From Candidatus Poribacteria bacterium (lineage in GTDB: Bacteria > Poribacteria > WGA-4E > GCA-2687025), in assembly GCA_002687025.1 (NCBI GenBank), contig NYZG01000128.1:1-38724 (forward strand): 38,724 nucleotides of DNA, written 5' to 3'. This document shows positions 25,234 to 34,190 of the stretch, one piece after another (the stretch's first letter is position 1; each line of letters begins with the position of its first letter). Under the pieces are notes generated by a model, which had not been told where the DNA came from, searched no databases, and saw nothing but the letters and a program-made list of their open reading frames with translations. The position numbers were made by a program, and so were the translations under genes.

Positions 25234-26331
25234 ATGCATCTCCCGCTACGCGTCGGCATCGTCGGAGCGCCCAGGGGCCGTGGCTCCATATCCGCCCTGC
25301 GTGCGGTAACGGAGGTCGAGGTCGCGGCGCTGTGCGACATCAACGCGGACACGCTGGCGGCCGCGGCCGACGCGAACGACGTGGCGGGACGGTTCACCGA
25401 CTACGAGGCAATGCTCGACTCGGGCGTAGACATGGTCATCGTGGCGACGCCGATGCATCTCCACGCGCCCCAGGCGGTGGCGGCGCTGGAGCGGGGCATC
25501 CACGTGATGTCCGAAGTCACCGCGGCGGTGACCGTCGAGCAATGCGTCGAACTTCGAGACGCGGTCCTGGCATCCTCGGCGAAGTACATGATGGCGGAGA
25601 ACTACTGCTATCGCCGCGAGAACGTCCTCGTGCGGAGCCTCGTCGAGCATGGCATGTTCGGCGAGATCTACTTCGGCGAGGGCGAGTACATCCACGACGT
25701 GAAAGCCCTGCACCACACCGCCGACGGCAAGCCGACCTGGCGCTACTACGACCAGGTGGGCAAGCGAGGATGCACCTACGGCACGCACAGCCTCGGCCCC
25801 GTGCTGCAATGGTTTGGGGAGCGCGTTGTCTCAGTGTCGTGCATGGGTACCGGCGCCCGCACCGATCCCGAGCACCCGATGGACGACACGGTGCTCATGA
25901 ACTGCGTGACGGAAAGCGGCGCGCTCATCAAGATACGGCTCGACATGATGTCGAACCGCCCGCATGTCATGGATTACTACAGCCTGCAGGGCACGAAGGG
26001 CTGCTACGAGGCTCCGCGAGGCTTCGGCGGCAAGCACAAGGTATGGCTAGAGGACCGCGGCGACGGCGTCGAATGGCGCTCGCTGTGGGATCTGTCCGAC
26101 GAATTCATGCCGGAGATATGGAAGGACCCGCCCGCGGAAGCCAAACGCGCGGGACACGGTGGTGGCGACTACTACACCGTGCGCGAGTTCGTCGACGCCA
26201 TCCTGAACGACACCGACCCTCCCATCGACATCTGGGACACGTTGGACTTCACGTTGCCCGGGCTGATTTCGGAGCAGTCCATCCTGCAAGACGGCGCGCT
26301 GCTGCCCGTGCCTGACCCGCGATCGCTGTAG
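25234..26331 (+). CDS. Gfo/Idh/MocA family oxidoreductase
   Basis: N-terminal Rossmann LRVGIVGAPRGRG, then VDMVIVATPMHLHAPQAVAALERGIHVMSEV and AENYCY. Start at ATG 25234, 4 nt after the preceding stop, so likely co-transcribed with DUF4432. Confidence 0.85.
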   Translation: MHLPLRVGIVGAPRGRGSISALRAVTEVEVAALCDINADTLAAAADANDVAGRFTDYEAMLDSGVDMVIVATPMHLHAPQAVAALERGIHVMSEVTAAVTVEQCVELRDAVLASSAKYMMAENYCYRRENVLVRSLVEHGMFGEIYFGEGEYIHDVKALHHTADGKPTWRYYDQVGKRGCTYGTHSLGPVLQWFGERVVSVSCMGTGARTDPEHPMDDTVLMNCVTESGALIKIRLDMMSNRPHVMDYYSLQGTKGCYEAPRGFGGKHKVWLEDRGDGVEWRSLWDLSDEFMPEIWKDPPAEAKRAGHGGGDYYTVREFVDAILNDTDPPIDIWDTLDFTLPGLISEQSILQDGALLPVPDPRSL

Positions 26332-26371
26332 CGACGCTTCCCTGTTCGACACGCATTGGCGAGCCGCCGCG

Positions 26372-26758
26372 CTAGCCATCGGCGTCGGCATCGTCGGCCG
26401 GTGAGGGATCGGCGTCGATGCCCTCCAGATACTCGTCGATGAGACGCGTCGCCTCTTCGGCTCGCTCGGCGGGGACCAGGAGCGCTCCCCAGGCTTCCGC
26501 CTTCAGCGAACTGCGCAGCGCGCCGTACGCGGCCATCGTGCTCGCCTCGACGCGGACGGGTATCTCCTCCGCTTCGAGCACGCCCTGCAACATCAGCGCG
26601 GCCACCTGATCCGGCGGGCCGTAAACGCGCTCCCACCGCACTAGCTCTACGGTCGCGGACGTGGACGCCGCCGGGCCCTCGACGAGGCTTGCCTGACAGT
26701 CCGAGCATACTACGGCTTTGTCGGTGTATTCGGCTCCGCAAGCCGGGCAACTACGCAT
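26372..26758 (-). CDS. Small protein with N-terminal zinc ribbon and DUF2007-like (putative signal-transducing) domain
   Basis: MRSCPACGAEYTDKAVVCSDCQASL (CxxC...CxxC) is followed by a PII-like pattern ...QVAALMLQGVLEAEEIPVRVE...ALLVPAERAEEATRLIDEY. A GGGAGG RBS is present. Confidence 0.5.
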   Translation of the reverse strand: MRSCPACGAEYTDKAVVCSDCQASLVEGPAASTSATVELVRWERVYGPPDQVAALMLQGVLEAEEIPVRVEASTMAAYGALRSSLKAEAWGALLVPAERAEEATRLIDEYLEGIDADPSPADDADADG

Positions 26759-26833
26759 GGCACCTCCCGACGTGATTGTGGCACATGAGGTCGCCAGATG
26801 CTAAGCGCGCAGACACGGAGGCCGCTTCTCGCC

Positions 26834-28282
26834 TCAGTCCACGTCCGGGCCGAGCACGCCGTACGACCACGGTTCTACGGCGTCGTCCGTGCGCTCGACC
26901 TTGTAGCCGCTCGGCCCAGTACCCGGGGTCAACGTCGCGGCGAGTTCCAGGCTGGCGTTTACCAGCTTTGTGCCGGCTGCGACTTCCGCAGTGGAGTAGC
27001 TCGTCAGCACCGTCTCGTAGCCGCCCTCGTGAGGCTCGAACGCACGCTCGGGCGCGACGTACCCTATGCAGCCGTTCGCGAGCTCCACGACGAACGTCCT
27101 CGGGAACGGCGAGCGGCGCTTGATGTCGAGGCCCAACTCGCAGAACAGCTCCGCGGAGTTGGACAGGATCACTGTCTCCCCCAACTGAATCGCCTGCGCC
27201 TGCGTCGTGAACTCCGGCTCGCGCTCGTGGATGTAGTCGACCATCACACGCTCCTTGGCGAAAGTCCACTCCGTGGTGAACCTGCCCGATCGGAGCGCCT
27301 CGTCGACGATCTCTCGACTCCTCGCGATGCTCTCCGGGCTCGGACGCCGCCGAGACAGGCGCACGTCAACCGTGGTGGCGGCTACCGGCGTGTGCTCGCC
27401 GCGTTCCGCAGTGACCATCACCTTCACGGCTTCCGCGCCGATGCGCGTCCCGACGAACCGTCGCCACCGTTCGCCGAACTGCGGCTCCGTGATCGCCAGG
27501 TTGTCGACCTGGGTGACATCACCCGAAGCTCCCTGCAAGAACACCACCGGCGCAGCCGCGCCCATCGCTCCCTGTATCGTGCGCTCCATGTCGTACACGT
27601 AATCCGCGGATACCGTGCTGCCGTGGATCGTGCAGTGGCAGGCGTAGTTCACGACGCACCCGAGCCATTCCCCGGCCGTGGACCACGCGGAGATCACGCC
27701 TACCTCGGGGTCCGTGGGGCCGGCCGGTTCCAGGATGTCGGGATTCCCCTTGCCCGGATGCGTGTACACGCGACCGTTCCGCATGCGGAAACGGCGATTG
27801 TGCGCGACCCTGTCCTCGTGGCCGCTGCCTATGGAAAGTTCGGCATCCTGACACCTGCGGGCGGCTTCGCAGACCGCGGTGATGATCTGTTCGCCCACGT
27901 ACTCGGAGTACAGCCGGTCGCCGTTGACGGAGTGCTCGTAGAAGAGCGTCCGCACGAGCTCGGGCGCCTCGGAGAGATCCTCGAAACCGGTCTCCCACAG
28001 TGGGCCGCCGCTGTGCGTGTGCGACGCGCCGATCAGAAGGTGCGATGCGGGTATTCCCGCGCGTCGCTCGACCTGCTCGCGCACGCGGTCCATCAGCGTC
28101 GCCGAGCCGATCTGGCACGTGTCCACACCGACGAGAGCCACGGCCTCTCCGTCGTCCTCGATCACCGCGGCGCGTACTTTCAGCGGGTCGTGGATCGCGT
28201 CGATGAAGACCTTGCTGTAGCCGCCGGGCTTCTCCATCCCGAACGTGGGGGTGATGTCCGTGGTGTGGAATCCAGCCTTCAT
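26834..28282 (-). CDS. Neutral/alkaline ceramidase-like N-terminal-domain hydrolase
   Basis: MKAGFHTTDITPTFGMEKPGGY...IHDPLKVRAAVIEDDGEAVALVGVDT...LLIGASHTHSGGP resembles bacterial neutral-ceramidase-fold proteins. A GAGGAG RBS is present. The 517-aa plus-strand ORF 26798..28351 is an antisense shadow. Confidence 0.55.
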   Translation of the reverse strand: MKAGFHTTDITPTFGMEKPGGYSKVFIDAIHDPLKVRAAVIEDDGEAVALVGVDTCQIGSATLMDRVREQVERRAGIPASHLLIGASHTHSGGPLWETGFEDLSEAPELVRTLFYEHSVNGDRLYSEYVGEQIITAVCEAARRCQDAELSIGSGHEDRVAHNRRFRMRNGRVYTHPGKGNPDILEPAGPTDPEVGVISAWSTAGEWLGCVVNYACHCTIHGSTVSADYVYDMERTIQGAMGAAAPVVFLQGASGDVTQVDNLAITEPQFGERWRRFVGTRIGAEAVKVMVTAERGEHTPVAATTVDVRLSRRRPSPESIARSREIVDEALRSGRFTTEWTFAKERVMVDYIHEREPEFTTQAQAIQLGETVILSNSAELFCELGLDIKRRSPFPRTFVVELANGCIGYVAPERAFEPHEGGYETVLTSYSTAEVAAGTKLVNASLELAATLTPGTGPSGYKVERTDDAVEPWSYGVLGPDVD

Positions 28283-28417
28283 GGCAGCGCTCCTCGGCTA
28301 GCGTTTGGGCCGTCATTGTGTGTCCGGCGCCGGTCGGGGCCAAGAGGGTAGCAGGGCGCCATCTCCGGTTGCGATCGCCAGGGCCGGGGGCGGATCAGTC
28401 GATAGCGTGGCAGTCGA

Positions 28418-30019
28418 CTACGAACGAGCCGTCGAGGAATGGTCCCTGTCGCGATCCCCTGATGCGCCGTGACCGCCGCCGCCCGGCGTCTCGATCCGCA
28501 CGACATCCCCCGCGCCGAGATGCAGCGTGACCTTCCCCGGCGCCTCGGACTCCTCGCCGTCTCGAATGACGACGTTATGACCCGTCTTGCCCGGCTCCCC
28601 GCCGGCGAGGCCGTAGGGTGGGAACTTCCGGCGCTCCGCGAGGATCGTCACCTGCGCGTCGCTCAGTAGCTCGACCTCGCGATTGACGCCATCACCACCT
28701 CGGAACGCGCCGTCGCCGCCTGAACCACGTCGCACGCTGTACTCACGCACGCGGAAGGGGTACGCGTACTCCAACGCCTCGACGGGCGTGTTCATGGTAT
28801 TCGTCATGTGGTTGTGGATGGCGTCGGCGCCGTCCTTGCCGGGACGCGCGCCCATGCCACCCGCGATCGTCTCGTAGTAGGCGTACGGCTCGTCGCGCTT
28901 GGGGTTCCATCCGCCGATGGTGACGTTGTTCATCGTCCCCTGACTCGCCGCCGGGACACGCCCGGGACACGCCTGCGCCAATGCCCCGAGCAGCACGTCC
29001 GTGATGCGCTGCGACGTCTCGACGTTCCCGCCCGCCACCGCGGCCGGGCGCCGCGCGTTCACGACGCTGCCCTCCGGCGCGATGACGCGGATCGGCGCGT
29101 GACACCCCGCGTTGGAGGGGATGTCGAGACCGATGAGGGCGCGGAAGACGTAGTACGTCGCCGAAAGCGTGATGGCGTAAACCGCGTTCACGTTGCCGGC
29201 GCATTGCGCGGAGCTGCCCGTGAAGTCGACCGTCGCTTCGTCGCCATCCACCGTTACGGCGACGCGTATCTCGACGGGGTCCGACGTCACGCCGTCGTTG
29301 TCGAGGAAGTCCGCGTATTCGTACCGGCCGTCGGGCAACGTCTCAATGAGGCGGCGGGTCATGCGCTCGGAATAGGCGAGAAGCGCGTCCATGTACTCGG
29401 TCGCCTCCTCGGCGCCGTACCTCGCGATGAGTGCCCTGAGCCGTTCCGCGCCCTTGTGGTTCGCCGCCAACTGCGCACGCAGGTCGCCGGCGCGCTCGTC
29501 GGGCGTGCGGACGTTCGCGAGTAGCATCGCCCACAACGCCTCGTTCGTCTCGCCTGCCTCGACGAGCTTCAGGGGCGGGATGATGACGCCCTCCTGGTAC
29601 AGCTCGCGCGACAGCGGCATGGAACCCGGCGACATCCCGCCCACATCGGCGTGGTGTGCGCGATTCGCCGCAAATCCAATGGGCGTGCCGTCATCAAGGT
29701 GGATCGGCGTCACGAGCGTGATGTCCGGTAGATGCGTGCCGCCTCGGTACGGGTCGTTCAGGATGGCGACATCGCCCGGCGCGAACTCCAACGCCTCGAT
29801 ACACGCACGCAGGGAGAGCGGCATCGCGCCGAGGTGAACCGGAATGTGCGCCGCCTGCGCGACCATGCGTCCCGACGCGTCGAACAGGGCGCACGAGAAA
29901 TCGCGCCGCTCCTTGATGTTCGGCGAGTACGCGGTGCGGCGGAGGACGACGCCCATCTCATCCGCGACGGAGGCGAACAGGTGCTTGAACACTTCCAGCC
30001 GGACGGCGTCATGACTCAT
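28418..30019 (-). CDS. hyuB: Hydantoinase B / oxoprolinase family protein
   Basis: [63 protein letters not shown] and [17 protein letters not shown] are the HyuB/OplaH-B signatures. ATGA overlap with hyuA. Confidence 0.92.
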   Translation of the reverse strand: MSHDAVRLEVFKHLFASVADEMGVVLRRTAYSPNIKERRDFSCALFDASGRMVAQAAHIPVHLGAMPLSLRACIEALEFAPGDVAILNDPYRGGTHLPDITLVTPIHLDDGTPIGFAANRAHHADVGGMSPGSMPLSRELYQEGVIIPPLKLVEAGETNEALWAMLLANVRTPDERAGDLRAQLAANHKGAERLRALIARYGAEEATEYMDALLAYSERMTRRLIETLPDGRYEYADFLDNDGVTSDPVEIRVAVTVDGDEATVDFTGSSAQCAGNVNAVYAITLSATYYVFRALIGLDIPSNAGCHAPIRVIAPEGSVVNARRPAAVAGGNVETSQRITDVLLGALAQACPGRVPAASQGTMNNVTIGGWNPKRDEPYAYYETIAGGMGARPGKDGADAIHNHMTNTMNTPVEALEYAYPFRVREYSVRRGSGGDGAFRGGDGVNREVELLSDAQVTILAERRKFPPYGLAGGEPGKTGHNVVIRDGEESEAPGKVTLHLGAGDVVRIETPGGGGHGASGDRDRDHSSTARS

Positions 30020-32010
30020 GTCGCGTTCACCTCGATGAGGACGTTTCTCCGGGCGTCGACGGCGGCGCGATCTTCGTCGCCTAGCAGGATCGTCGTGTCG
30101 CGCTGCATGATGACGGCCGGCCCCACGATGCGCGCTCCCGGGCGTAACGCTTCGCCGTCGTAGAAGTCCGCCTCGACTGTTCCGCCCGCCAGGACGACTT
30201 GCCGTCGCTCCTGTCTCGCCATGGACGGGTCGTCCCCCTCGATCTCGTCTGCGCGAAGCGTCGGAGTCGGCGTGCTTCCCACCGCGCGGACGCGTAGGTT
30301 CACTATCTCGACGGCCGTGTCCGCGTCGCCGTGCCCGTATCGCTCCCCGTGCGCGCGATGGAACGCCGCGGCGTAGTCGTCCTCGAACGGCACGGTGAGT
30401 TCGTAAGACTGGCCGCGGTAGCGCATGTCCAGCTCTCGATGCACGGTCACGCGCGATTCCGGCACGCCCTCCGCGACGGTCTCGGCGGCTCCGCGTTCGA
30501 CGAGTGGGGCGAATATCTCCGTGAGAACGTCAGCCGCCGTGTCGCCGGGCAGCATGACGGTGCGCACGTAGTCCTTCACGACATCCGCCACGAGCATGCC
30601 AAACGCCGAGAGCGTCGACGCCCCGTACGGCGCCAACACGCGGTCCATGCCGAGGCCGCGCGCGAGGTCGCACGCGTGGAGGCCGCCCGCCCCACCGAAC
30701 GATAGGAACACGAAGTCCGTCGGGTCGTGCCCCCGCTCGACTGAGATCACGCGAACGGCGCGTTCCATGTGCGCGTTCACGACCTGCACCACGCCAAGCG
30801 CCGCCGTCTGCGCGAGCGTCAACGAGCCGGCCGGCGTCAGGTCCGCCTGTCGGCCGAGCTCCTCCAATGCTTCCGTGGCGCGGGCGACATCCAAAGCCAT
30901 TTCGCCGCCTAGGAATCGCTCGGGCGCAAGGCGGCCGAGAACGATATTCGCGTCCGTTACCGTCGGTCGGTCGCCGCCTCGCCCATAGCATACCGGCCCC
31001 GGGTCGGACCCCGCGCTCTCGGGCCCGACACGCAACGCGCCGCCCGCGTCCACGGTGGCGATGGAGCCGCCACCCGAGCCGACGGTGTGGATGTCGATCA
31101 CGGGGATGCGTATGGGTAGCCCGCCGATCTCCGACTCCGTCGTCACCTGCGGCTCGCCTAGCGACAGGGAGACGTCCGTCGACGTGCCGCCCATGTCGAA
31201 GCCGACCACGCGGTCGAATCCCGCCGCCTGCCCGACATGCACCGCTCCGACCACTCCACCCGCAGGCCCGGAGAGTATCGTGCGCACGGCTTGGGTCCGC
31301 GCCTCGTCCGAGCGGATGCTGCCGCCGTTGGACTGCATGATGCGGAAGTCGCGCCCCTCCAGGGCATCTTCAAGATGGCCCAGGTAGCGGTTCAGTATCG
31401 GCGCGACATAGGCGTTCACCGCGGTCGTGCTCGCGCGTTCGTATTCGCGGAACTCGGGCAGGATTTCGGCGGATGCGGAGACCAGGAATCCGGCGTCCCG
31501 CAACGCCCTCACGACGGTCGCCTCGTGCTCGGGGCGCAGGAAAGAGAACAACAGGCACAACGCGACCGACTCCGCCCGCGCCTCGCTTAACGCGGCCGTT
31601 AGCTCGGCGAGCTCGGATGCGTCCGGCGAGGCGAGCGCCACGCCCTCACGCGTCACCCGCTCCGTCACCTCGAAGCAACGGCCGGGCGGCACGAGCGGCT
31701 CGGGACGGTCGCAGAAGAAGTCGTATATGTCGGTGCGCGTCTGACGGGCGATCGTGAGCAGGTCGCGGAAGCCGCGCGTCGTGACGAACGCGGTGCGCGC
31801 TCCCTTGCGCTCCAACAGCGCGTTCGTCGCGACGGTCGAGCCGTGCACGATGGCCGCGGTCGCGTCGGAAACGCGGGCCAAGCCTTCGAGCACGGCGCGC
31901 GCGGGGTTGTCCGGGGTGGACAGGACCTTGAAGGTCGCGATCTCCTCGCTGCGTTCGTCGAGGAGCACGAAGTCTGTGAACGTGCCGCCGATGTCGACGC
32001 CTATGCGCAT
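30016..32010 (-). CDS. hyuA: Hydantoinase A / oxoprolinase family protein
   Basis: Start at MRIGVDIGGTFTDFVLLD (ATG 32010-32008), the canonical family N-terminus. The track ORF extends 22 codons further, into vapC. GFDMGGTSTDVS is also present. Confidence 0.92.
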   Translation of the reverse strand: MRIGVDIGGTFTDFVLLDERSEEIATFKVLSTPDNPARAVLEGLARVSDATAAIVHGSTVATNALLERKGARTAFVTTRGFRDLLTIARQTRTDIYDFFCDRPEPLVPPGRCFEVTERVTREGVALASPDASELAELTAALSEARAESVALCLLFSFLRPEHEATVVRALRDAGFLVSASAEILPEFREYERASTTAVNAYVAPILNRYLGHLEDALEGRDFRIMQSNGGSIRSDEARTQAVRTILSGPAGGVVGAVHVGQAAGFDRVVGFDMGGTSTDVSLSLGEPQVTTESEIGGLPIRIPVIDIHTVGSGGGSIATVDAGGALRVGPESAGSDPGPVCYGRGGDRPTVTDANIVLGRLAPERFLGGEMALDVARATEALEELGRQADLTPAGSLTLAQTAALGVVQVVNAHMERAVRVISVERGHDPTDFVFLSFGGAGGLHACDLARGLGMDRVLAPYGASTLSAFGMLVADVVKDYVRTVMLPGDTAADVLTEIFAPLVERGAAETVAEGVPESRVTVHRELDMRYRGQSYELTVPFEDDYAAAFHRAHGERYGHGDADTAVEIVNLRVRAVGSTPTPTLRADEIEGDDPSMARQERRQVVLAGGTVEADFYDGEALRPGARIVGPAVIMQRDTTILLGDEDRAAVDARRNVLIEVNAT

Positions 32011-32041
32011 GTGCTGTGCGTGCTCCGGGCGCGTGGGGCCA

Positions 32042-32515
32042 CTACCCTGGCTCGACCAACCGAGTGGGGTCGACAACCTGGAGTTCTTCGCTCAGGGCCG
32101 CAGCATTCAACGCCGCGTCGGAAGACACGAATATCAGACCTGCATCACGCGTTCGCCGTAGCACACGATGCGCCTCGCAGGCTGCGGCAAGATGCACAGC
32201 GTCGTAGCCACGCAGGAAGTACTTCACGGCTAGATTGCGCGCGTTGAGGAGAAGCCGGGGAGTTGTAGGAACGGCCAGCCAGCGGATATCGAAGTCGGCA
32301 TGGAATTCACGTATGGCCCCCTGGATTTCCGCAAGTACCCCATCGCCATCGCGCCCGCGTCTGGCCAGACCTGCTGCGACCTCTACGGCGCCAATGTCCG
32401 ACATATGGACGTTGTGCTCGCTCTCGAAGTCGAGGATGTGGCTAACGAATTGGCTTCCCGGCTCGACGACGTACTTCTTCACCACCGCGCTGGCATCGAA
32501 GTAGTAGTCTGCCAC
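32042..32515 (-). CDS. vapC: PIN-domain ribonuclease toxin, VapC-type
   Basis: 157 aa with the acidic residues in the expected contexts: YYFDASAVVK (Asp near the N-terminus), EVAAGL (Glu), GYDAVHLAAA (Asp), FVSSDAAL (Asp). The GTG start follows the antitoxin stop with no spacer. Confidence 0.8.
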   Translation of the reverse strand: MADYYFDASAVVKKYVVEPGSQFVSHILDFESEHNVHMSDIGAVEVAAGLARRGRDGDGVLAEIQGAIREFHADFDIRWLAVPTTPRLLLNARNLAVKYFLRGYDAVHLAAACEAHRVLRRTRDAGLIFVSSDAALNAAALSEELQVVDPTRLVEPG

Positions 32516-32779
32516 CTACCCACGATCCTCGATGATCGTCTCCGACACGGGTTTCCCCTTTATGCGGATGGGTGTGAACGGCCGCCCCCTGCGCGCATTG
32601 TGGGGATCGGGTATTCGGTCAATGACACCCGCCTCCAAGAGCCGTCGATGGTATTCGGGGATATCTTGGTCGTCGTACCTCTTGGCGAGCCGCTGCAAGG
32701 CGTCGCGGGCGGCGTCCAACTCCTCGTCTGCCAACTGTTCGACTAACAGGCGCAGTTCACCGCGTGTCGCGGTTGCCAT
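32516..32779 (-). CDS. Type II antitoxin partner of the PIN toxin
   Basis: 87-aa acidic/helical protein immediately upstream of and abutting vapC. The C-terminal ...IKGKPVSETIIEDRG resembles the toxin-binding tails of VapB-like antitoxins. Assignment is mainly by position and size. Confidence 0.6.
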   Translation of the reverse strand: MATATRGELRLLVEQLADEELDAARDALQRLAKRYDDQDIPEYHRRLLEAGVIDRIPDPHNARRGRPFTPIRIKGKPVSETIIEDRG

Positions 32780-32920
32780 ATTCAGAACCCCCAGAGCAGA
32801 GAACCCCAGCGCGGCATGGGGGAATGGTAAGCCCCGCCGCGAGGAAACGGAAGCTGTGCGTGCGGTTCCCTATCTCCGCGCGACACACGCAACATCGCGA
32901 GTACGGTGACGCGTGAGCGG

Positions 32921-33270
32921 ATCACGTCGAGGCATCTCGTGGACGCCCTCGCCGAGATACAAGGCCGGCCGTATCCCGAGTGGCGCCGCGGGAGGCCCAT
33001 GACGACGCTATGTCGCCGCCGACATCCCTCGGGGTGGCTAGGCCCAAGCGCAACATCCGCAACAACCCGCCGGTGGCGCGGCTTCAGACGACCTGCGCAT
33101 CCGCAACGGCCCGGGCGATGTTGCGGATGGCGCGTGCGCCCCGAACCCGCATGAACACCCGGATGTTGCGGATGTTGCGGGTGTTGGGGTGGGAGGAGAT
33201 CGCCGGTGACTACGACACGTGGGAGCTGGAGGCGCTTGTCGACGATTCCCCCGCCGCGGTCGAGGCTTGC
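32921..33270. repeat. Copy 1 of a ~345-bp direct duplication (period 585 bp)
   Basis: Aligned by eye with 33506..33849: about 90% identity, including a 76-nt identical core (ggcccaagcgcaacatccgcaacaacccgccggtggcgcggcttcagacgacctgcgcatccgcaacggcccgggcg). The 10-mer CATCCGCAAC occurs at 33054 and 33098. Its complement GTTGCGGATG occurs at 33120 and 33165. 9-bp tandem GATGTTGCG units occupy 33162-33179, with a degenerate third unit to 33188. Confidence 0.9.
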
Positions 33271-33304
33271 TGTACGTCGCCGTGCGGGATCACAGCTGGG
33301 GGCC

Positions 33305-33589
33305 GCCGAGCCGTCGCAGTCCGACCTCGATATCGACGTTCGCGAAAACGCCGTCGATGTCCCGTTCATCGCCGACGGTCGACAAGAGAACATCCACTTC
33401 GTCTGTCGTCGAGCGATCACGGGGTCGGCGAACGGCGATCGGGACGTGCAGCTTCTGATAGACATCCGCGTCGTGTTCGACGCGCGGGACGGCGGCGCGG
33501 CGCGGGTCACATCGAGGCATTCGGTGGTCGTCCTCGCCGAGATGCAAGGCCGGCCGTATCCCGAGTGGCGCGGCGGGAGGCCCATGACG
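33305..33589 (+). pseudogene. Possible 3' remnant of a DUF3631-type gene (integrative-element primase/replication-associated family); a shorter second remnant lies at about 32831..33004
   Basis: Frame of track ORF 33206..34201: ...DVPFIADGRQE...DRDVQLLIDIRVVFDARDGGAARVTSRHSVVVLAEMQGRPYPEWRGGRPMT. This resembles the DUF3631 C-terminal pattern as I recall it (LLADIR-x-VF...R-[IL]-SS-x-[DE]-L-x-x-L...RPW-x-EW...G-x-P-[IL]-T). Copy 1 keeps only ...RDTRNIASTVTRERITSRHLVDALAEIQGRPYPEWRRGRPMT. There is no start codon, and downstream frames do not continue the family pattern cleanly. Confidence 0.35.
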
Positions 33590-33849
33590 ACGCTATGTCG
33601 CCGCCGACATCCCTGGGGGTGGCGAGGCCCAAGCGCAACATCCGCAACAACCCGCCGGTGGCGCGGCTTCAGACGACCTGCGCATCCGCAACGGCCCGGG
33701 CGGTGTTACGGATGCGCGTGCGCCCCGAACCCGCATGAACACCCGGATGTTGCGGATGTTGCGGATGTTGCGGGGGAGATCGCCGGCGACTACGACACGT
33801 GGGAGCGGGAGGCGCTTGCCGACGATTCCCCGCTGCGGTCGCGGCTTGC
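33506..33849. repeat. Copy 2 of the ~345-bp direct duplication
   Basis: Same layout as copy 1. CATCCGCAAC is at 33639 and 33683. The complement is at 33705 (one mismatch, GTTACGGATG) and inside three perfect GATGTTGCG units at 33746-33772. Relative to copy 1 there is a 1-nt indel (ggatggcgcg versus ggatgcgcg) and scattered substitutions of all types. Confidence 0.9.
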
Positions 33850-33923
33850 GTCGGGTCGGGTTGGGTCGGGGCATCGTGTTCCATGTTCACTGTCGACCCA
33901 CGGACGCCCCAGAGGAGCGCGGC

Positions 33924-34154
33924 ATGCCCGCAATGTCCGAAGCCATTCTCCAGCGCGGAGACGATGCGCCCCTGACTCCGCCGGTTACGGTCCGCGCCGG
34001 CCCCTCGACATGATCTTCGAGCCCGACACGGCGTTCCTCCGGCACGTCCGCGTCGAAGACGAGGGAGCCAGACCCAACCACGCCGCTATCCCGCCACTAC
34101 CGAGGAGCCATACGCGCCTCCGAGCGGGCGGCCAACCTGGGAACGAGACCATGA
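33924..34154 (+). pseudogene. Frameshifted 5' fragment of an unidentified gene
   Basis: A GAGGAG RBS (33912-33917) and ATG 33924 give MPAMSEAILQRGDDAPLTPPVTVRAGPST*, stopping at 34011-34013. Shifting frame at the C-run 34001-34004 continues as PLDMIFEPDTAFLRHVRVEDEG. A further shift gives LSRHYRGAIRASERAANLGTRP*. Protein-like text is therefore spread over three frames. Confidence 0.35.
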
Positions 34155-34190
34155 GACGGCCCCGGTGTGGCTGCGCGCGTCCGAACGACC

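Noticed and set aside
32010-32076. The track ORF for hyuA extends 22 codons upstream (MSTPLGWSSQGSGPTRPEHAQH) and overlaps the vapC 3' end.
   Set aside because: The family N-terminus MRIGVDIGGTFTD starts at ATG 32010. The extension is unconserved-looking and would overlap vapC coding sequence, so the shorter start was chosen.
33098-33129. Considered an integron attC site or a CRISPR-like array for the GCAAC...GTTGC inverted repeat and the 9-bp tandem units.
   Set aside because: The core sequences (CCGCAAC / GTTGCGG) do not fit RYYYAAC / GTTRRRY, and there is no intI gene or gene cassettes. The 9-bp units are contiguous with no spacers and far too short for CRISPR repeats.
32921-33849. Considered whether the two ~345-bp repeats are a diversity-generating retroelement template/variable repeat pair.
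   Set aside because: The mismatches between the copies are of all types (C/T, C/G, T/G, A/G, indels) and are not confined to adenines of one copy. No reverse transcriptase is present in the window, and the repeats do not sit at the 3' end of an intact target gene.
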